A stretch of DNA of 64,000 nt, from positions 352,001 to 416,000 of the forward strand of contig CAVVXT010000019.1 of assembly GCA_963752255.1 (NCBI GenBank). Reading direction: 5' to 3'. Position numbers and translations under genes: made by a program. This document shows, one piece after another, positions 10,271-21,623 of this stretch; the stretch's first letter is position 1; the number at the start of each line of letters is the position of its first letter. The stretch is from Nitrososphaeria archaeon (lineage in GTDB: Archaea > Thermoproteota > Nitrososphaeria > JACIWG01). The notes beneath the pieces are model-generated. The model did no database searches, was not told the DNA's origin, and was given only the letters and a program-made list of their open reading frames with translations.

Positions 10271-12686
10271 CTATTGCTTCAACCAAAACTTCTTTATCAA
10301 AGGCACCTTGATGAAATCATTTACTAAGAAGGCTGCGATAAAAGAAAACGCTGGAACCGTCAGAGCGATGATGGGAACTATAGGAGTCACTCCGGGTAAT
10401 CCGAAAATAGCGATGAGGAAGACAAACAGTAGGTCACCTAAAATTATTATTAGCAAAGGATTACTGGGTCTCGAATCCCAGAAATGTTTGCGTTCCCTAA
10501 CTATCAACAAGTCAAATAATTCCACGTAAATCAGCAGTTCGAACGAAAAAGTCTGCAATTGATTGATATTGTTGCCGAGCCCAAAGTAATTAAGGCCTAT
10601 TCCGAGTATGATCAGTAGCTCAGCTACGGCTGCGACCCCAAGGCAAACAGCCACTTTGATGAGACCTGTTATATTCCAGCTGTCAGGTTTTTCAGAATAA
10701 CGTACGTTGTCTGTTGATAGGGACAGTGTAACGAAATCCGTTAAAAATATTAGCAGGATCATGTGAAGTGCGGATATTATGTATGTTCCTGTCAGAAGAA
10801 ATGCGATAACTACTAAAATGGTTATCTGGAATGTTTTAACCACTTTATTGAGAATCCAAGTTATGATCCTCTGATATATTATCCTACCACTTTTAATTAA
10901 ATCCAGTATATTCACTAACCCTTCTGTTGTAAGGACAACGCTGGCAGCGTTCTTAGCCACATCCGTGGCGTTACTGACAGCTATACCCACTTCAGCTTGT
11001 TTCAATGCAGGGGCATCGTTTATACCATCACCCGTCATTCCAACAATGTGCCCTCCTCTCTGAAGGCCTTTAACTATAGAGTATTTGTCCTCAGGATAGA
11101 TCTCTGCGAATCCACTATTATCTTCCAAGGTCTTGATGAGCTCGCTCTCTGGAAGCCCCTTCATATCTGAGAACCTCACAATGTTCTGGTTTAAGCCGAC
11201 CTGCTCTGCAACTTCTTTGGCTACCGGTAAAGCGTCGCCTGTCAACATCTTCACTGAAACGCCAACTTCTTTAAGTTCGCTTATGAGCTCTTTCGAATCT
11301 GGCCTGGGCTTATCGTATAACGCAGTTAAACCCACTAGTTTAATGCTGTCTTCCGTTTCACCTTCGGCGACAGCCGTCACTCTATAGCCCTTTTTTGATA
11401 ATCGCTCAACTTCCATCCCCATCTGATTTAATTCTTCTTTGCCAATCTTGCATAAAGCGAATATGGTTTCAACCGCTCCTTTAAACACATAAAATAGCTT
11501 CCCTTCTATGGAGATGATAGCTTCGGTCCTCCTAGTCGAAGGGTCAAAGGGGACGAACTTCTCCTGCAAATAACTCCTAAATTGAAACCTGATATTATCC
11601 CCTGCTGACAGGAAAGCAAGGTCGATAGAGTCCTGGTTCGCCTCATTAGATGCTAAAGCGCCGAACAATATTACATCATCATTTTTGTACCCCTTTGCGG
11701 GCACAGTCTCCGCCACCTGAAGTTTGTTCATGGTAATTGTTCCGGTCTTATCGACGCATATCACATCCGTCGTTGCAGCGTCCTCACTTGCACTAAGCCT
11801 TGTAATCAGTATCCCTTTCTTCATCATGTCCAAGGACCCAAGCGCCATGGTAAGCGTAAACATCGTAGGCAGAGAAACAGGTATTGCCGAAATCAAAAGA
11901 ACGACCGCTAAAGGAAGTATCTCCAGTATATCCATCCCCCTTAAGATAGAGACAACTATGCTAATTGAGAGAAATGATCCCACAATCGCGATCAACCACT
12001 TTACGACCTTAGAAGTCACCACTTTAATGTGCAACTCGGGTTTCGCGAATTGGACTAACTCCACGGTTCTTCCAAAATACGTTTTTACACCAGTTGAAAC
12101 AACAATACCGGATATTTCTCCTCTTCTAAGGATTGAACCACCATACAATACGTCATCGACCTTTTTTTCAATTGCTTGCGACTCTCCGGTCAGAGATGAC
12201 TGATCAACTTCAGCACTTCCGTCTAATACCTTGGTGTCTGCTGGGACAAGATCACCTGCCCTAATCCTGATGATATCTCCAGATACTAAGTTCCCTAGCG
12301 GAAACCGAGGTCCAGACGCCGTTACGTTTTACTTTTGCATTAACTTTTAGCCTTTGCTTAAGAAGTTCCAGTGCGGAGTTAGCTCTTTCCTCTTCTATAA
12401 AGCCTAGAACAGCATTAAAGACTAAAAGCCCAGTAATTATGTATATCTCAAAATATTTTTCTAAAAAGAATTCGAGTATTATGGTTACTTCAAGCATCCA
12501 TGGGGTTACGCCCCAAAACCTCTTTACAAATTGATAAAAAGGGCTAACTTTCTTCTCTGGAACTTCGTTGAATCCGAACTCCTTTAATCTTTTCTGAACT
12601 TCATCAGAACTTAAGCCTTTTTCCATCTCAAAGTCAAACTTGTTTCCATTTGACCCTTTTATTGACGAACTCCTTTTTATGACCAT
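10271..12686 (-). CDS. P-type IIIA H+-exporting ATPase; frameshift near 12287
   Basis: GFNEVPE, ARELVSGDII..GDLVPAD (after repair), DQSSLTGES, DKTGT, TGD, GDGINDAPAL, and TM6 Asp in LTDF. Confidence 0.92.
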
Positions 12687-12765
12687 TTCTTACCACTTTT
12701 CCTCATACCATTGTATTGTGGAAATTGGCAAAGCTTTCTAAGATGTTCGAACCTGTAAAGAACCT

Positions 12766-13068
12766 TTATAGCTCCAAGTGAACTTGAACCACCCGGTCGT
12801 ATTGTTTTCCGGCTTTCGTCACACTAAACTCTATTAGAAATATTGCCTTGCGCACCTGAACAAACTTATGGGAAGCTAGGCGTTTCTGCCTCGTATCCAC
12901 TCCCCGATAAGTCACCGAAATTCCCTCCTTGGCCTCAACTTTCGACTTTAAAGCTGCGACACATAGACCGTAGAGTGTCCCTTTTGGAAAGCCTGACTTT
13001 CCGTCAAGAAACTCAAGATAATCCTTCGATGTCAGATGGGCCTTCCTTGCTCCAGAACGGTAACCCAT
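12766..13068 (-). CDS. Hypothetical protein
   Basis: 100-aa ATG ORF with no recognisable motif. Confidence 0.35.
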   Translation of the reverse strand: MGYRSGARKAHLTSKDYLEFLDGKSGFPKGTLYGLCVAALKSKVEAKEGISVTYRGVDTRQKRLASHKFVQVRKAIFLIEFSVTKAGKQYDRVVQVHLEL

Positions 13069-13208
13069 ATCCCCTTAGTATACATTCCAGTGCTTTTCAG
13101 CTTTGCCCTTCCCTCCTAGGCAAATTTGTTTTTGTGTCCTTTGGGACCTTCGATTATATATTTCGCATGCGGGTAAAAGTTAAGAAATACAGATGAGGGT
13201 AGGTTGAT

Positions 13209-14243
13209 ATGCCTAACTTATTTTCTTTCCAAGAACTGAAAAGATTTGGAATTGATATTTTCCAAAAAATAGGTTTTTCTGATGAGAATGCAGAACTGAT
13301 CGCAAGTAGCTTAGTGCTTGCAAACCTTAGGGGCGTAGATTCTCATGGTGTTGTTAGAATCTCCTACTATGCCGATGCAGTAGAAAAAAGTCAGATAAAC
13401 CCAAAACCGAATGTTAAAGTGGTAAAGGAAACCGACACCTTTGCCCTTATCGATGGCGACAAAACGTTGGGCTACATACCTGCCAATCTTGCAACTAACA
13501 TGGCGATTTCAAAGGCTAAGGAACATGATTTCGGTCTTGTGGGAGTGAAAAATCTGAGACATTCGGGTATGCTAGCGAAGTATACTATGCAGGTTGTTGA
13601 CCAGAAACTTTTTGGATTGGCTATTGCGAATGCTTCACCTAATGTAGCCCTTCAGGGATTTAAGAAGCCAGTTGTAGGCACAAACCCCCTTTCTATAGGT
13701 TTCCCAGTAGAAAACTCAACTCCGATAATCTTAGATATGGCTATGAGTGTCGTAGCCAGAGGTAAAGTTCTGATAGCTTCTAAGAAAGGAGGACAGATAC
13801 CAAAAGGTTGGGCAATAAACGAGAAAGGGGAGGAGACAACAGATGCTGAGGAGGCGATAAAAGGGATGATGTTACCAATAGGTGGCTATAAAGGATTTGG
13901 TCTCGCCCTCATCATTGATATATTATGTGGTATAGTTATCGGCGGTGGCTATGGTTTGAAGATTGAAAGATCATGGTTTTCACAAGGAGGATTCATCATA
14001 ATGGCTTCAAGACTAGATCTCGCCAGAACCTATAAAGAATACCAAAATGAGATTAAAGAATATATCAAACAGATTAAAGCTACACCAGTATCTGGAGGAA
14101 TAAGAGTACTCTTTCCAAATGAGATAGAACAAGAACTTACTAACAGGAGAAAAAAGGAGGGAATTCCAGTAGAAGATGATGTGTACTCCGATTTCCTTAA
14201 ACTGGCAGCCAAATATAACGTTAAACCACCAAAAAAGCTCTAA
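13209..14243 (+). CDS. Ldh_2 family oxidoreductase (ComC/AllD-like malate/L-lactate dehydrogenase)
   Basis: ANLRGVDSHG, GTNPLS, LDMAMS, IGGYKGFGL. Confidence 0.92.
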   Translation: MPNLFSFQELKRFGIDIFQKIGFSDENAELIASSLVLANLRGVDSHGVVRISYYADAVEKSQINPKPNVKVVKETDTFALIDGDKTLGYIPANLATNMAISKAKEHDFGLVGVKNLRHSGMLAKYTMQVVDQKLFGLAIANASPNVALQGFKKPVVGTNPLSIGFPVENSTPIILDMAMSVVARGKVLIASKKGGQIPKGWAINEKGEETTDAEEAIKGMMLPIGGYKGFGLALIIDILCGIVIGGGYGLKIERSWFSQGGFIIMASRLDLARTYKEYQNEIKEYIKQIKATPVSGGIRVLFPNEIEQELTNRRKKEGIPVEDDVYSDFLKLAAKYNVKPPKKL

Positions 14244-14314
14244 AAGTAACACGTGAAAAATTTATCCCAAGTTAACATTTAGAGAATCGACTCTAAGATA
14301 TTTATCATCAATTA

Positions 14315-14503
14315 ATGAAGATTATTAACATGGAAAATAGAGTGCTTTTCATAAAAATTTGTTATTACATTGGTGTGTTTGCTGATTTGGAAGCTACTAT
14401 ACCATTGATTTTTCCAGAAGTCATCAAATACGTTTCCGGAGATAGTGCAGAATCCCGTTATACTCTAATCGTCAGAAAACGTCTAACAGCACTAAACTTC
14501 TAG
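14315..14503 (+). pseudogene. Probable truncated membrane-protein gene fragment
   Basis: Hydrophobic N-terminus (VLFIKICYYIGVFADLEATIPLIFP) followed by an unrelated-looking tail. Confidence 0.3.
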
Positions 14504-14541
14504 GAAAAGATATATCTCTGCAAAATAACTATATATAAAAT

Positions 14542-15018
14542 ATGGATAAGATGAAGGTCCTTTTCTTATGCGCCCATAACTCAGCTCGATCCCAGATGGC
14601 TGAAGGATTTCTTAAGCACTTCTACGGTGAAAGGTATGAAGCCTTCAGCGCAGGCTCAAAACCGACACATGTCCATCCTCTTGCCATAAAGGTGATGGCC
14701 GAAGTTGGAATAGACATTTCGAAGCACACGTCCAAGAGCATCGAAGAGTTCCGGAACAAGGACGTCGATTTAGTTGTAACTGTGTGCCGTAGCAGTGCAA
14801 AGGAGATCTGTCCGTTTTGCTCTTCACCAATACTTGGACGTAGACCGGAGATAATAACCGAGACCGTGCCAAGCGCTCGAAAGTATATAGAACGCGGTTT
14901 CAGCGACCCTTCTGAAGTTGATGGAAGTGATGATGAAAGGACTGAAGCCTTCAGACGTGTGAGGGATGAAATAGCCAGTTGGATTAAAGATGCTTTTACG
15001 GACCTCCGGGATCTTTAA
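14542..15018 (+). CDS. arsC: Arsenate reductase, LMW-PTP fold (thioredoxin-coupled type)
   Basis: P-loop LFLCAHNSARSQMAE, SAGS, VVTVC...EICP, DP...FRRVRDEI. Confidence 0.88.
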   Translation: MDKMKVLFLCAHNSARSQMAEGFLKHFYGERYEAFSAGSKPTHVHPLAIKVMAEVGIDISKHTSKSIEEFRNKDVDLVVTVCRSSAKEICPFCSSPILGRRPEIITETVPSARKYIERGFSDPSEVDGSDDERTEAFRRVRDEIASWIKDAFTDLRDL

Positions 15019-15106
15019 ATGCCTGCATCAGATCTTATTTGGTGTCCGCGATTCATCTCAGAACTGGTATGCAAACACACTGAATTACTCACTTATACTA
15101 TTGATG

Positions 15107-15595
15107 CTAACACACTGAACACTGTTTCTTTGCCTCGTGGCATGTAAGGCTTCCTTCTTTTTTCTCAAACGCTAGAACTTTTCTTAACGTTCTTGTAACT
15201 TCATATAATGAGACCACAAGTCCGACAAAGATCACTGCCAAAGAGAAGGCGTAGGTGGACGTTATTTCAGGTGGTCTCAGGTATGTCAGCAGGATCAGGA
15301 ATGCCAGTAAGAAAAATATGGCGTACGTGGTCTGTAAGGGTATAAGTGTCCTTCTCACCCTGATCACGTTTTCGAACATCACCCTGTCTACGACGTAGCC
15401 TTCATCCTGTTGCTTGATGAGGCCCGCGTTAAGGAGCTTGTTAATATGGTATGATGCGAGTGAGGATGTGCTAAATCCTAGGCCCCTTTGCAAGTCATGG
15501 ACGCCCACAGGCCTTCCCTCCCTGAACATAAAGCGATAGACCTTGAGAGTGGTACCCTTCAATACATCTGCTTCAGCTTTTTCCGGTGTACTCAA
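15107..15595 (-). CDS. Membrane-anchored winged-HTH transcriptional regulator (N-terminal wHTH, two C-terminal TM helices)
   Basis: LKGTTLKVYRFM...GVHDLQRGLGFSTSSLASYHINKLLNAGLI followed by two hydrophobic helices; divergent from 15731. Confidence 0.8.
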   Translation of the reverse strand: MSTPEKAEADVLKGTTLKVYRFMFREGRPVGVHDLQRGLGFSTSSLASYHINKLLNAGLIKQQDEGYVVDRVMFENVIRVRRTLIPLQTTYAIFFLLAFLILLTYLRPPEITSTYAFSLAVIFVGLVVSLYEVTRTLRKVLAFEKKEGSLTCHEAKKQCSVC

Positions 15596-15642
15596 AGTCT
15601 TTCCAACTCTGATGATACAGCATTCAATTTAAGCCTTACTCC

Positions 15643-15696
15643 ATTCTAAAATTAGAACGTAGTCTTCCATTATCAATCTAAAATTAGCACTATATC
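15643..15696 (+). promoter_or_regulatory. Twin palindromic operator (consensus TTCTAAAATTAGAAC) plus TATATC box
   Basis: ATTCTAAAATTAGAAC at 15643 and AATCTAAAATTAGCAC at 15675 (32-bp spacing); same layout at 43403/43435. Confidence 0.75.
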
Positions 15697-15730
15697 CATG
15701 CTATCCATTACCTAAAGTCATAGAAAAGGC

Positions 15731-16420
15731 ATGTCAGAATATAAGAAGCAGATCGCTGCAGGAGCTTTGACGGCTGTCGTGATAGTGTTAATTTTGGCAG
15801 GTGGAGCAAGCTATCTTTTCCCATTGCAGCCCACGCAGACGACCTCCACAGCACTTAACACGCGTCTACCCTCTACCTCTACAGCTGCAGTCATATTTTC
15901 TACCACTATGGCTACAGGCACCGCTAATTACAAGCGGCTCTGCGCCTCAGACAACAACCACATTCACGACCTCTACTATTACAGGCGGCACTACGACAAC
16001 GACATATTTACCTCCGACCATGACTCTACCCACTAATGGCACTACGGTAATATCTACATCCGTACCTCCGACATATACGATAACTCCTCCTATCACCACG
16101 GTGACTACGACAATTGGACCGATTGTAACTGTAACCGTGACCCAAAACCTCATAAAAGATATTGAGATAACATACGTGAACTTCAACGCCAGCATCCCAA
16201 CTCAGGTGATATTTTAGGTGTCAAGAACGCCGGCACCACGGACCAGATCGTCAGAGAGGTACTCGTAAACGGAATACCGTTATTAAGCGTGAACGGAGGT
16301 ACATCAAACCCAAGCCTGCCCATTACAGTAGCAGCAGGTGAATCACAGGACATAACCCTAACCTTCAGCTCGCCACTGCAATCAGGAACATACTTCATAA
16401 CAATTCTCACAGGTGATTGA
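15731..16420 (+). CDS. Membrane-anchored Thr-rich surface protein with C-terminal Ig/pilin-like beta domain; frameshifts near 15928 and 16212
   Basis: N-terminal TM and a Thr-rich stalk in two frames, then a third frame LGVKNAGTTDQIVREVLVNG...LPITVAAGESQDITLTF...SGTYFITILTGD* ending at 16420. Confidence 0.65.
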
Positions 16421-17345
16421 TACGCATCAGAGTCTATTGGAAGAAGCCTTGACGAAGGCTCAGGTTGTTTTGTTATTGGCCATACTTTTGGTTGGAGCAG
16501 TCGGCGCCTACTATGTTGCAAAGGAAGAACTGCCAAAGAATAGTAACCCTTTAACCCCTCCTCCGACCTCGAGCACATCAACGTCCGCTCCGGTAGACAC
16601 AGGCCCTCTAACCGTAGTTTCAGTTAGTCTTCTTCAGCCCTATTACCCGGGCGGACCGACAGTTGAAGTCATCCTGCAAAATAAAGCAACCAACCCAGTG
16701 GTTAGCCTCCAAACGGTATTGCCCTTATCGGGGCGCAACTACACGTACGTTTTCGATGACGTTTCTTCAAGCAATCCGCTGTTGCCCAATCAGGACGCAT
16801 CTCAGACAGCCACTCTGATCGGCGCCGGATTTGAAACAAATGAAATGTACCCGATGGAGATCCGAGGCACTCTGCAAAACGGATCCTTGTTCGATTTTGT
16901 CACTCCTGTGACAATAGTCCAATACTCCAATCAGCCCGTGGCGTCCGGAGGAAAGGGCAATCTCCAACTTACCATGGTCCTCGGAAAAACCGTGTACAGT
17001 TTAGGCGAACCTGTTGACCTAATTTTGACCATCACCAACATCAGCAATCAGACAATAAACTTCATGCACTCAGGATTGGATTTTGATTTTCAAGTTTACA
17101 ACTGCACAAACAATGTCGTGTACCAGTGGTCAAATTTCAGAGGCATCGCTCAATTCATAGCCATCGTGCCGCTTCACGCCGGAGAGAGCAGGTCGGCCAA
17201 CTTCACTTGGCTGCAGACATGCAATTTCAACGCCTCAGTTGAAGGAGACCCAGTCTCGCCGGGAACCTACAACATAATTGGCCAAACTGGTCCAGTGTAC
17301 GGTTTACAGACGACGCCGATACAACTCACAATCGTCAAACCTTAG
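16413..17345 (+). CDS. Membrane-anchored extracellular protein with C-terminal BsuPI-like (proteinase inhibitor/Ig-like) domain
   Basis: N-terminal TM and Pro/Ser/Thr linker; KTVYSLGEPVDLILTITN...FDFQVYN...VYQWS...LHAGESRSANFTW...PGTY. True start is probably a downstream TTG. Confidence 0.75.
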   Translation: MIDTHQSLLEEALTKAQVVLLLAILLVGAVGAYYVAKEELPKNSNPLTPPPTSSTSTSAPVDTGPLTVVSVSLLQPYYPGGPTVEVILQNKATNPVVSLQTVLPLSGRNYTYVFDDVSSSNPLLPNQDASQTATLIGAGFETNEMYPMEIRGTLQNGSLFDFVTPVTIVQYSNQPVASGGKGNLQLTMVLGKTVYSLGEPVDLILTITNISNQTINFMHSGLDFDFQVYNCTNNVVYQWSNFRGIAQFIAIVPLHAGESRSANFTWLQTCNFNASVEGDPVSPGTYNIIGQTGPVYGLQTTPIQLTIVKP

Positions 17346-17382
17346 TTCATGCAAAGGAAAATAGACGATAAGATTCAATTTA

Positions 17383-17640
17383 TTGGAAGGATGGACAATA
17401 GATGTCGCAGGTATCATAAAGAACAATAAAAGTCCAAAGATTGTTTCAGTTGAAGCAAAATTGTCGATAGATGCCCAGGCATTCTTATCAGCTGTCTCTC
17501 AAGCTGATATGTATCAAGAAGTATCTACAATTTTTTATTTAGCTTTCCCTATAAATGCGATAAATTCATTTGTAATTGAAAATATAAAGCGGACCAAAAA
17601 CTTACAAACTCAGCTGCAAGAAGATATAAAAACCGGATAA
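17383..17640 (+). pseudogene. PD-(D/E)XK nuclease-like fragment
   Basis: IDVAG...VSVEAK...AVSQADMY...YLAFP matches the D...ExK...QxxxY pattern; only 85 aa and AT-rich. Confidence 0.5.
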
Positions 17641-17855
17641 TGCGCCATTTGAACCTAAGGTTCTTCAATTGACAGTCTATCTAAGATCGTATTTAAGACA
17701 GAAAGTTATTAATTTTTTGGGCGTATTCCAGAAAATGATGTCACAACATTAATCTTGAGTGCAAGGTTTGTTGCTCATAGATACCTGCGTCAGATTGAAT
17801 ACCGATATCCCTGAGAACTGAGATGTTGGGACTTATTCTGCTTTCCCCCCATCAA

Positions 17856-20800
17856 CTATGATGCCTTTGGATGGTCGATTCGGACCCCGCCATGCTTACC
17901 AGCTATCCGCCTCGGTAACACAACCCTCCAAAGGATCCCGATTGCCGCTAAGATAATAACTATCAAAATGGACGCATAAATCCAGTTTATCGAGAAGTTT
18001 GCCTGCAGGCTCTCAGCCGAGTTCACTACTACACTGACTTCGGTCTGGCTTGAAGATATTGCCCCAGACCAGCCGTCAAACTTGAACAGGAAAAGCACAG
18101 GGCTGGCTGTAAGTTGGACTGTCGACCCCAAGGGCACGAACAGCGTCTTGTTACTCGCGCTCTCCACTTTGCCAGCCAGCGAGGCTGAGCTGTAGGAAAC
18201 GCTTCCGAAATTGGAAGAAACAACTGAGAGACCAGGATAGAACGTAGCGCTTTCTACGATTGGATCCTGGACCGTAATGGTATACGATTTGCTCGTCCCT
18301 CCATACGAGCCGATTCCTGAAGCGTTCCAAAACTCGAACTGCCATCCCCCGTTTGGAGTAGCAGAAATCTGAACCTGCTCACTGGAATTATACCAATCCG
18401 TCAGAGGAGACACGGAACCGCCCTGCTCGGTGTTGGAAAGAATTTGAACGTGGTACTGGTGGTAGTAGAGAGGAGATAAGACGATAGCGGAGCTCACTGA
18501 ACCTTTAGTTGCCTGCGCAAGGACCGACCATCTCTCGCTCGAAGAAGCATGAGCAACGCTGCTAAAACTAAACGTGCTACCCGAGTCTGCCCAAGCCGTC
18601 CCCTGCGTGACACCAAGTATTGAAGTCGACGGCGATCCAAGCGAAGAGAAGTTCAACTCCAAGGAACCAGGGTTGCCCCCGCCGGATACGCTGTAGCTAT
18701 AAACAATGGTGTACTGGTGATAGTAGACTGGGGTCATTGAAACAGCTGCGTTCACGCTTCCGGAGCTGGAGTTGCTCGTGTACCAACGCTCAGAGGAGCC
18801 AGATCCCTGAAGAGGATTCGGTACGCTGAATGACGTGCCTGCGTCAAGCCAATTGGGACTGAGGGTCGCGTTTATCGGAGAAGCCGTTGACACTCCGAAA
18901 GCCGTCCCCGACAACAACGGAGAACTAGGATTCCCACCACCCATGATGACATATCCTACGGAAATGTCGAATTGGTGGTAGTATTGGAAGGTCGCGGTGT
19001 TGGGTCCCGAGACAGCCCCAGCACCGGTCTGAGACGTAATCCACCTTTCAGATGAAGTAGAGCTGGAGAGTGGATTTGTAACCGACCAAGATGAGCCATA
19101 ATCAAACCAGTAGGCTGTAGGCATGCTCCTTATGGTGGGCGAAAACGCCGTACCGCTCTGCAAGCCTGTGAATAGCGGGGCGGTCGGTGAACCACCTCCA
19201 GACACGGAGTATGCCAGAGTCCAAGCCACCTGTAAGTAATATGGGACAACTACCATAGATCCCGAAACCGTTCCCGAGGTCCCGTTAGTGGTCGTCCACC
19301 TTGTGTTTGAATTTGATCCTGCTAGCAAGCCTGCGAACGAATAGGATGAATTCGCGTCCGCCCAGTCAGTGAAATTCGCCACCCCCTGCGTCTGTGACCC
19401 GAACCTGGTGTAGGCGACGGTCGGGGCCGTATAGCCGGGCTGACCGGAGTTCATAATGTTGAAGCTAAACAGAACGTAATACTGATTATAGTATGTGAAA
19501 AGAAGTGTCTGGGCGGCAGAAACGTTTCCTGAGGTGGCGTCCTTAGAATACCATCTTTGCGTGCTACTCGACCCCTGTAAGAGCTTTGATACAGACCAGG
19601 GCTGTCCGACGTCGGACCAATAATCTGTGGGTGAGCCGGAGAGGCTAACAGCAGCCGTTGATCCGAACTGCGTCAGGGTAAGGCTGGGTGCGGTAGGGCC
19701 TCCTCCCCCCACTGTCGTATAGCCGGAAGTTAATCTGTATTGGTGGTAGTATGTCACAGAGAACGTTCCACTAGAGCCGACCACGCCAGTCGCGGGCTTA
19801 GTGGCCCACCGTTCGTTTCCGGACGATCCGGGCAACGGATTCTGAAAGGAATACATTGAGCCGGCGTCCGCGTAGGCCAAGGAAAAGTACATAATGGATA
19901 CAGACGACCCGAACTCGCTGACGTTCACGCTTGGCTGTGAGTAACCGCTGCCACCGTTTGCGACAGCGTAGAGGAAGGATACGCGAAACTGGTGGAAATA
20001 TACGAAGCTCAACGTCGTGACGTTCTTGGGAGTAGTGCCGCTGGTCTGATTTTGTGTTTCCCAAATCTCGTTCGAAGTTGAGCCCTGCAACACGCCGTTC
20101 ACACTCCACGGAGACCCGATGTCCATGTAGCAGGTGGTAGAATTAGTGGAAAGCTGGATGATGTTTTGAATCCCGCCGGAATAGTAGATGAAGGATGGGT
20201 GGAGAATACCCACTTCCCCCACCTTGAACCGAATAACTCACGTTAACTGTGGCAGGACTATATCCTGTGATGAACTGATACGCGTCAGAAGCCTCCGTGG
20301 CGCCGTGCGATGATAAGTACTGCAACGTGTTCGGATCCGTATAGGCGACGGGACTATTCGTGGAAGCCTGGAACAACGTTTGGCTAGTGCTCGGCACCGA
20401 TTCATCCATCCACATCCAGGCGGAGGATTTTGCCGAGGTGTTGTCCCAATATGTCACAGCTGACTCTTCTCCGTAATAGGCGGAGATGTGCCACCAGTCC
20501 GTCATAAGTCCAGTGAAGAAACCGTTATCGTTTTTTGGCGATGAAGCGAGGCCCACGAAATAAGAAGAACCTTCCTGGCTGAACGTCTGTATGGCCCTTG
20601 CCCTCGTGTTGTAGTCATATGCTAGCATCACGACGTTGCCGCCAGAAAAGTACAGGGTAAGGAAGACTGTATCCCCCTTGTTGACGGTCCCTGAGAAGGA
20701 TTGCAGTCCACTTCCGCTTGCTGGGTCTATTGAATTGCCACTTGGGTTAAAAACTTCGTAATTCATGCTGAAGCCCGATGTGTAGCCGCCAGCCGAATTA

Positions 20801-21321
20801 GGCCAATGCCAGGAAAGGCCCACCTGATACCAATAACCCGTGTCAGAAAGACCATTCAACAAGTAGGCCGGTCCATACCCGTTGCTGTCCGCCTGAGCCA
20901 CAGCGGTGACGTTGTAGGCCATGCTTGTAAAGCTCTGTGTGAAAGTCAATGCCAGCTGCTCGTCGTAAGTCGCAAGTGGAAGATTCTCGACAGGGTAATC
21001 TTGGTTGTTTGCAGGTGACAGCTCCAATCCAGCCAGTCTACGGCCCTGGGATTGCTCCGCCGGGGAATCGGAGCTGATAGATGCGGGTATAGTTGGACGA
21101 CACAGCGAGCAAGAGTAAGAGCCATCTGATCCCAGCGCAGTTGGAATGTTAGCTCCACCTGAGGGGGGATTCATGACAGAGGGAGTTGCTCCGAAAGCAC
21201 TCGCATGAGGTGCTGTCCAACCAAGAGCGACAAGCATTGCGATTAACAGAACGTAGAAACATAATCCCTTGGTAATCCGTCGAATAGTGCAACCATAAAT
21301 CTTAATCAAAGCCGGTTTCAA
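17856..21321 (-). CDS. Large cell-surface protein (~1150 aa): signal peptide, N-terminal beta domain, seven ~86-aa repeats, two InlB-B-like repeats, C-terminal TM; frameshift near 20200
   Basis: ORFs 20143..21321 and 17856..20222 join at GGGSGYSPPSFIYYSGG. Repeat consensus Y-x-V-x-GGG-x-P-x-AP...W-x-D-x-G...ERW...SG-x-V...YYHQY. Confidence 0.8.
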
Positions 21322-21623
21322 CCTTCTCCTTACGCATTAGGACGTATTATAGGTTTCTCCAAAGGGTTTTTCATGTTTCAAGTATGGATTATTGAAACTT
21401 GAACCCGGGAATAGGTCTAATCATTTCTGAAATAAACCTTTTATGAATCCATTACTTTATGAGCGTTCATCTCATGTTATAGTCTTTAAAACCGAATATT
21501 TATTCGATGTAGTAAAATAACTCTCAGGGGTTTACTCTGTTTATGGAGCGTCCACATCTTCAACAAATTCTATGATAGTCTTCCCAAGATCTTCCGAACG
21601 CTTTGTTTTTATGCCAATACGTT

